IMG/VR virus record: IMGVR_UViG_3300017956_005641
Coordinates: 1 to 27,800 of that record
Length of the DNA stretch: 27,800 nucleotides
Source: a virus
Taxonomy: Duplodnaviria; Caudoviricetes
Reading direction: 5' to 3' (one strand)
In this document: positions 26,681 through 27,800 of the stretch, piece after piece
Layout of the letters: each line of letters opens with the position of its first letter
Position numbering within the stretch: position 1 is the first letter of the stretch
Notes under the pieces: generated by a model
The model's input: the letters and a program-made list of their open reading frames with translations, nothing else
What the model was told of the DNA's origin: nothing
Database searches by the model: none
Program-made: the position numbers and the translations under genes

Positions 26681-26995
26681 ATGATAGAAAAACAAATCAA
26701 GAAAGCAGTCATAGTAATAACAATATTACTAGCGGGACTATTCTTTGGTCTAATAACTGCGAGCAAGGCAGATGCAACAACTAATCAAACGATTCCACAA
26801 CCAAAACCCTTACATTTTAAATTACAGGACTGGGCTCAATCAGAGTGGAATGATATCAAGACATTTCAAGAAAAGAATTGGGCGGACGGAAAGGCACAAC
26901 TGAACAGAAACAAGGAACAGGTTTCCAATCTATTCCAAACACTAGCAGATGGGTTATCCACGCTGGTAAAGCCAAATGAAGACACTAGTAAGTAA
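26681..26995 (+). CDS. hypothetical exported/membrane-anchored protein
   Basis: GAGG SD, basic N-terminus, hydrophobic core and an A-x-A site (KADA). Confidence 0.7.
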   Translation: MIEKQIKKAVIVITILLAGLFFGLITASKADATTNQTIPQPKPLHFKLQDWAQSEWNDIKTFQEKNWADGKAQLNRNKEQVSNLFQTLADGLSTLVKPNEDTSK

Positions 26996-27158
26996 GATAG
27001 GACAGTTGCACAGCAGGGTGTTTTCCTACGTAGGCAACAAGGCCAAGACATCCAAAATATGGGCAATTCTCCTAACCTTCTTGGTTGTATATGAATTAAT
27101 AGAACACATAGTATATCCCATACTAGTGCCCTATCTAATATACCTAAACATGCGCTAG
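26976..27158 (+). CDS. small membrane protein
   Basis: 60-aa ORF with hydrophobic C-terminal half, overlapping the upstream gene. Confidence 0.55.
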   Translation: MKTLVSKIGQLHSRVFSYVGNKAKTSKIWAILLTFLVVYELIEHIVYPILVPYLIYLNMR

Positions 27159-27256
27159 ACACCGTCTTAAACGCATTTTAAGCGTCATACAGCGGTGTTT
27201 ACGCTCGTAGGCACCGCAAGCACTACACAGCACTTAAACACACTTAAAAACGCTTT
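27157..27256. other. structured intergenic element between convergent genes (terminator or ncRNA candidate)
   Basis: Nested inverted repeats AGACACCG/CGGTGTTT and CTTAAA/TTTAAG, a GTAG..CTAC stem, and a CACTTAAA direct repeat. Confidence 0.35.
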
Positions 27257-27273
27257 ACATTAGGCTTATAGAA

Positions 27274-27459
27274 TTATACGCTTCTGTAAAGAATGGGCTG
27301 TCCATTTTTGTCCAGGACCAAATCTCCGCTTTCCCTATATTGGGCAACCATAACGCCCTTTTTGGATCCTCTAATCCACATGGCAGGAACAACTTCCTGA
27401 TCGTTGTAATACTTCTTGAGATGATTTGTTAGTATTCCTCTCTGCTTTATTCCAGCCAT
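27274..27459 (-). CDS. small hypothetical protein
   Basis: 61-aa ORF with GGAG SD, 1 nt downstream of the previous stop. Confidence 0.65.
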   Translation of the reverse strand: MAGIKQRGILTNHLKKYYNDQEVVPAMWIRGSKKGVMVAQYRESGDLVLDKNGQPILYRSV

Positions 27460-27460
27460 G

Positions 27461-27709
27461 TTATGCTCCCATTTTGGCCTTTAGAGCGGCTCTTTTCTTT
27501 TCTGCTGCCGCGGCCTGTCTTACTTTTCTACCCATAGGTAGTGGTTGCAACATTTCGTAGATGCCGCCCTTCTTGGCTTCCCATTCTACTCTAACGAACG
27601 TGCTCTGTGTGCCTGATTGGAATGATTTGACTGCTTTCTTGTAACTTACTGCTTCTCGTGTTTCTACCTTTTCACCATCGGTAAAGGTAAATGTACGCAT
27701 CTTTGCCAT
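27461..27709 (-). CDS. small basic hypothetical protein
   Basis: 82-aa Lys/Arg/Ala-rich ORF with GGGAG SD. Confidence 0.7.
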   Translation of the reverse strand: MAKMRTFTFTDGEKVETREAVSYKKAVKSFQSGTQSTFVRVEWEAKKGGIYEMLQPLPMGRKVRQAAAAEKKRAALKAKMGA

Positions 27710-27800
27710 ACTGCTCCCGGGTTAAGGGTTTGAGTTTAATAATAGCAGTAGTTATCTCTTTTGGTTATTTTTTGCAGGTTTGAGGGGCAAATACGCAGCC

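Noticed and set aside
234-27162. Many short ORFs in the six-frame track lying antisense or out of frame within longer genes (e.g. 480-725, 1505-1870, 4394-4609, 8677-9042, 17735-17935, 25076-25408, 26866-27162)
   Set aside because: They are shadows of motif-supported genes and have no recognisable motifs of their own.
27159-27273. CRISPR array or second tRNA
   Set aside because: The repeats are only 6-8 nt without spacers, and there is no T-loop or cloverleaf.
1-27800. Stop-codon reassignment as seen in some large phages
   Set aside because: Coding density is already high in the standard code. TAG (e.g. 11718, 19546, 24828) and TGA end genes cleanly at overlapping junctions.

Overview
AT-rich, gene-dense 27.8 kb window using the standard genetic code. 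It is most consistent with a large T4-like (myovirus/jumbo-type) bacteriophage, judged from gene content and TAAATA late-promoter-like motifs. Phage replication genes (UvsW-like SF2 helicase, gp62-like clamp-loader subunit, TOPRIM primase, gp41/DnaB helicase) are interleaved with a large glycan-building cassette. That cassette holds five paralogous KpsS/KpsC-like proteins, Cdi/GT8-like, GT-A, GT2/7 and GT25 glycosyltransferases, a UDP-GlcNAc 4,6-dehydratase plus RmlD-like reductase pair, a cupin and four SAM methyltransferases. Notable oddities are: a 192-aa miniature DnaE that keeps all three catalytic aspartates; a carbamoyltransferase module with an unannotated 30-aa peptide between primase and helicase; a Pol-beta-type nucleotidyltransferase with a T4 internal-protein-like leader; a possible inactive Hint-fold protein; consensus sigma70 promoters placed to give leaderless transcripts; a tRNA-Arg with the uncommon GCG anticodon; and a structured intergenic element. 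All family assignments come from motifs recognised by eye. No database search was run.
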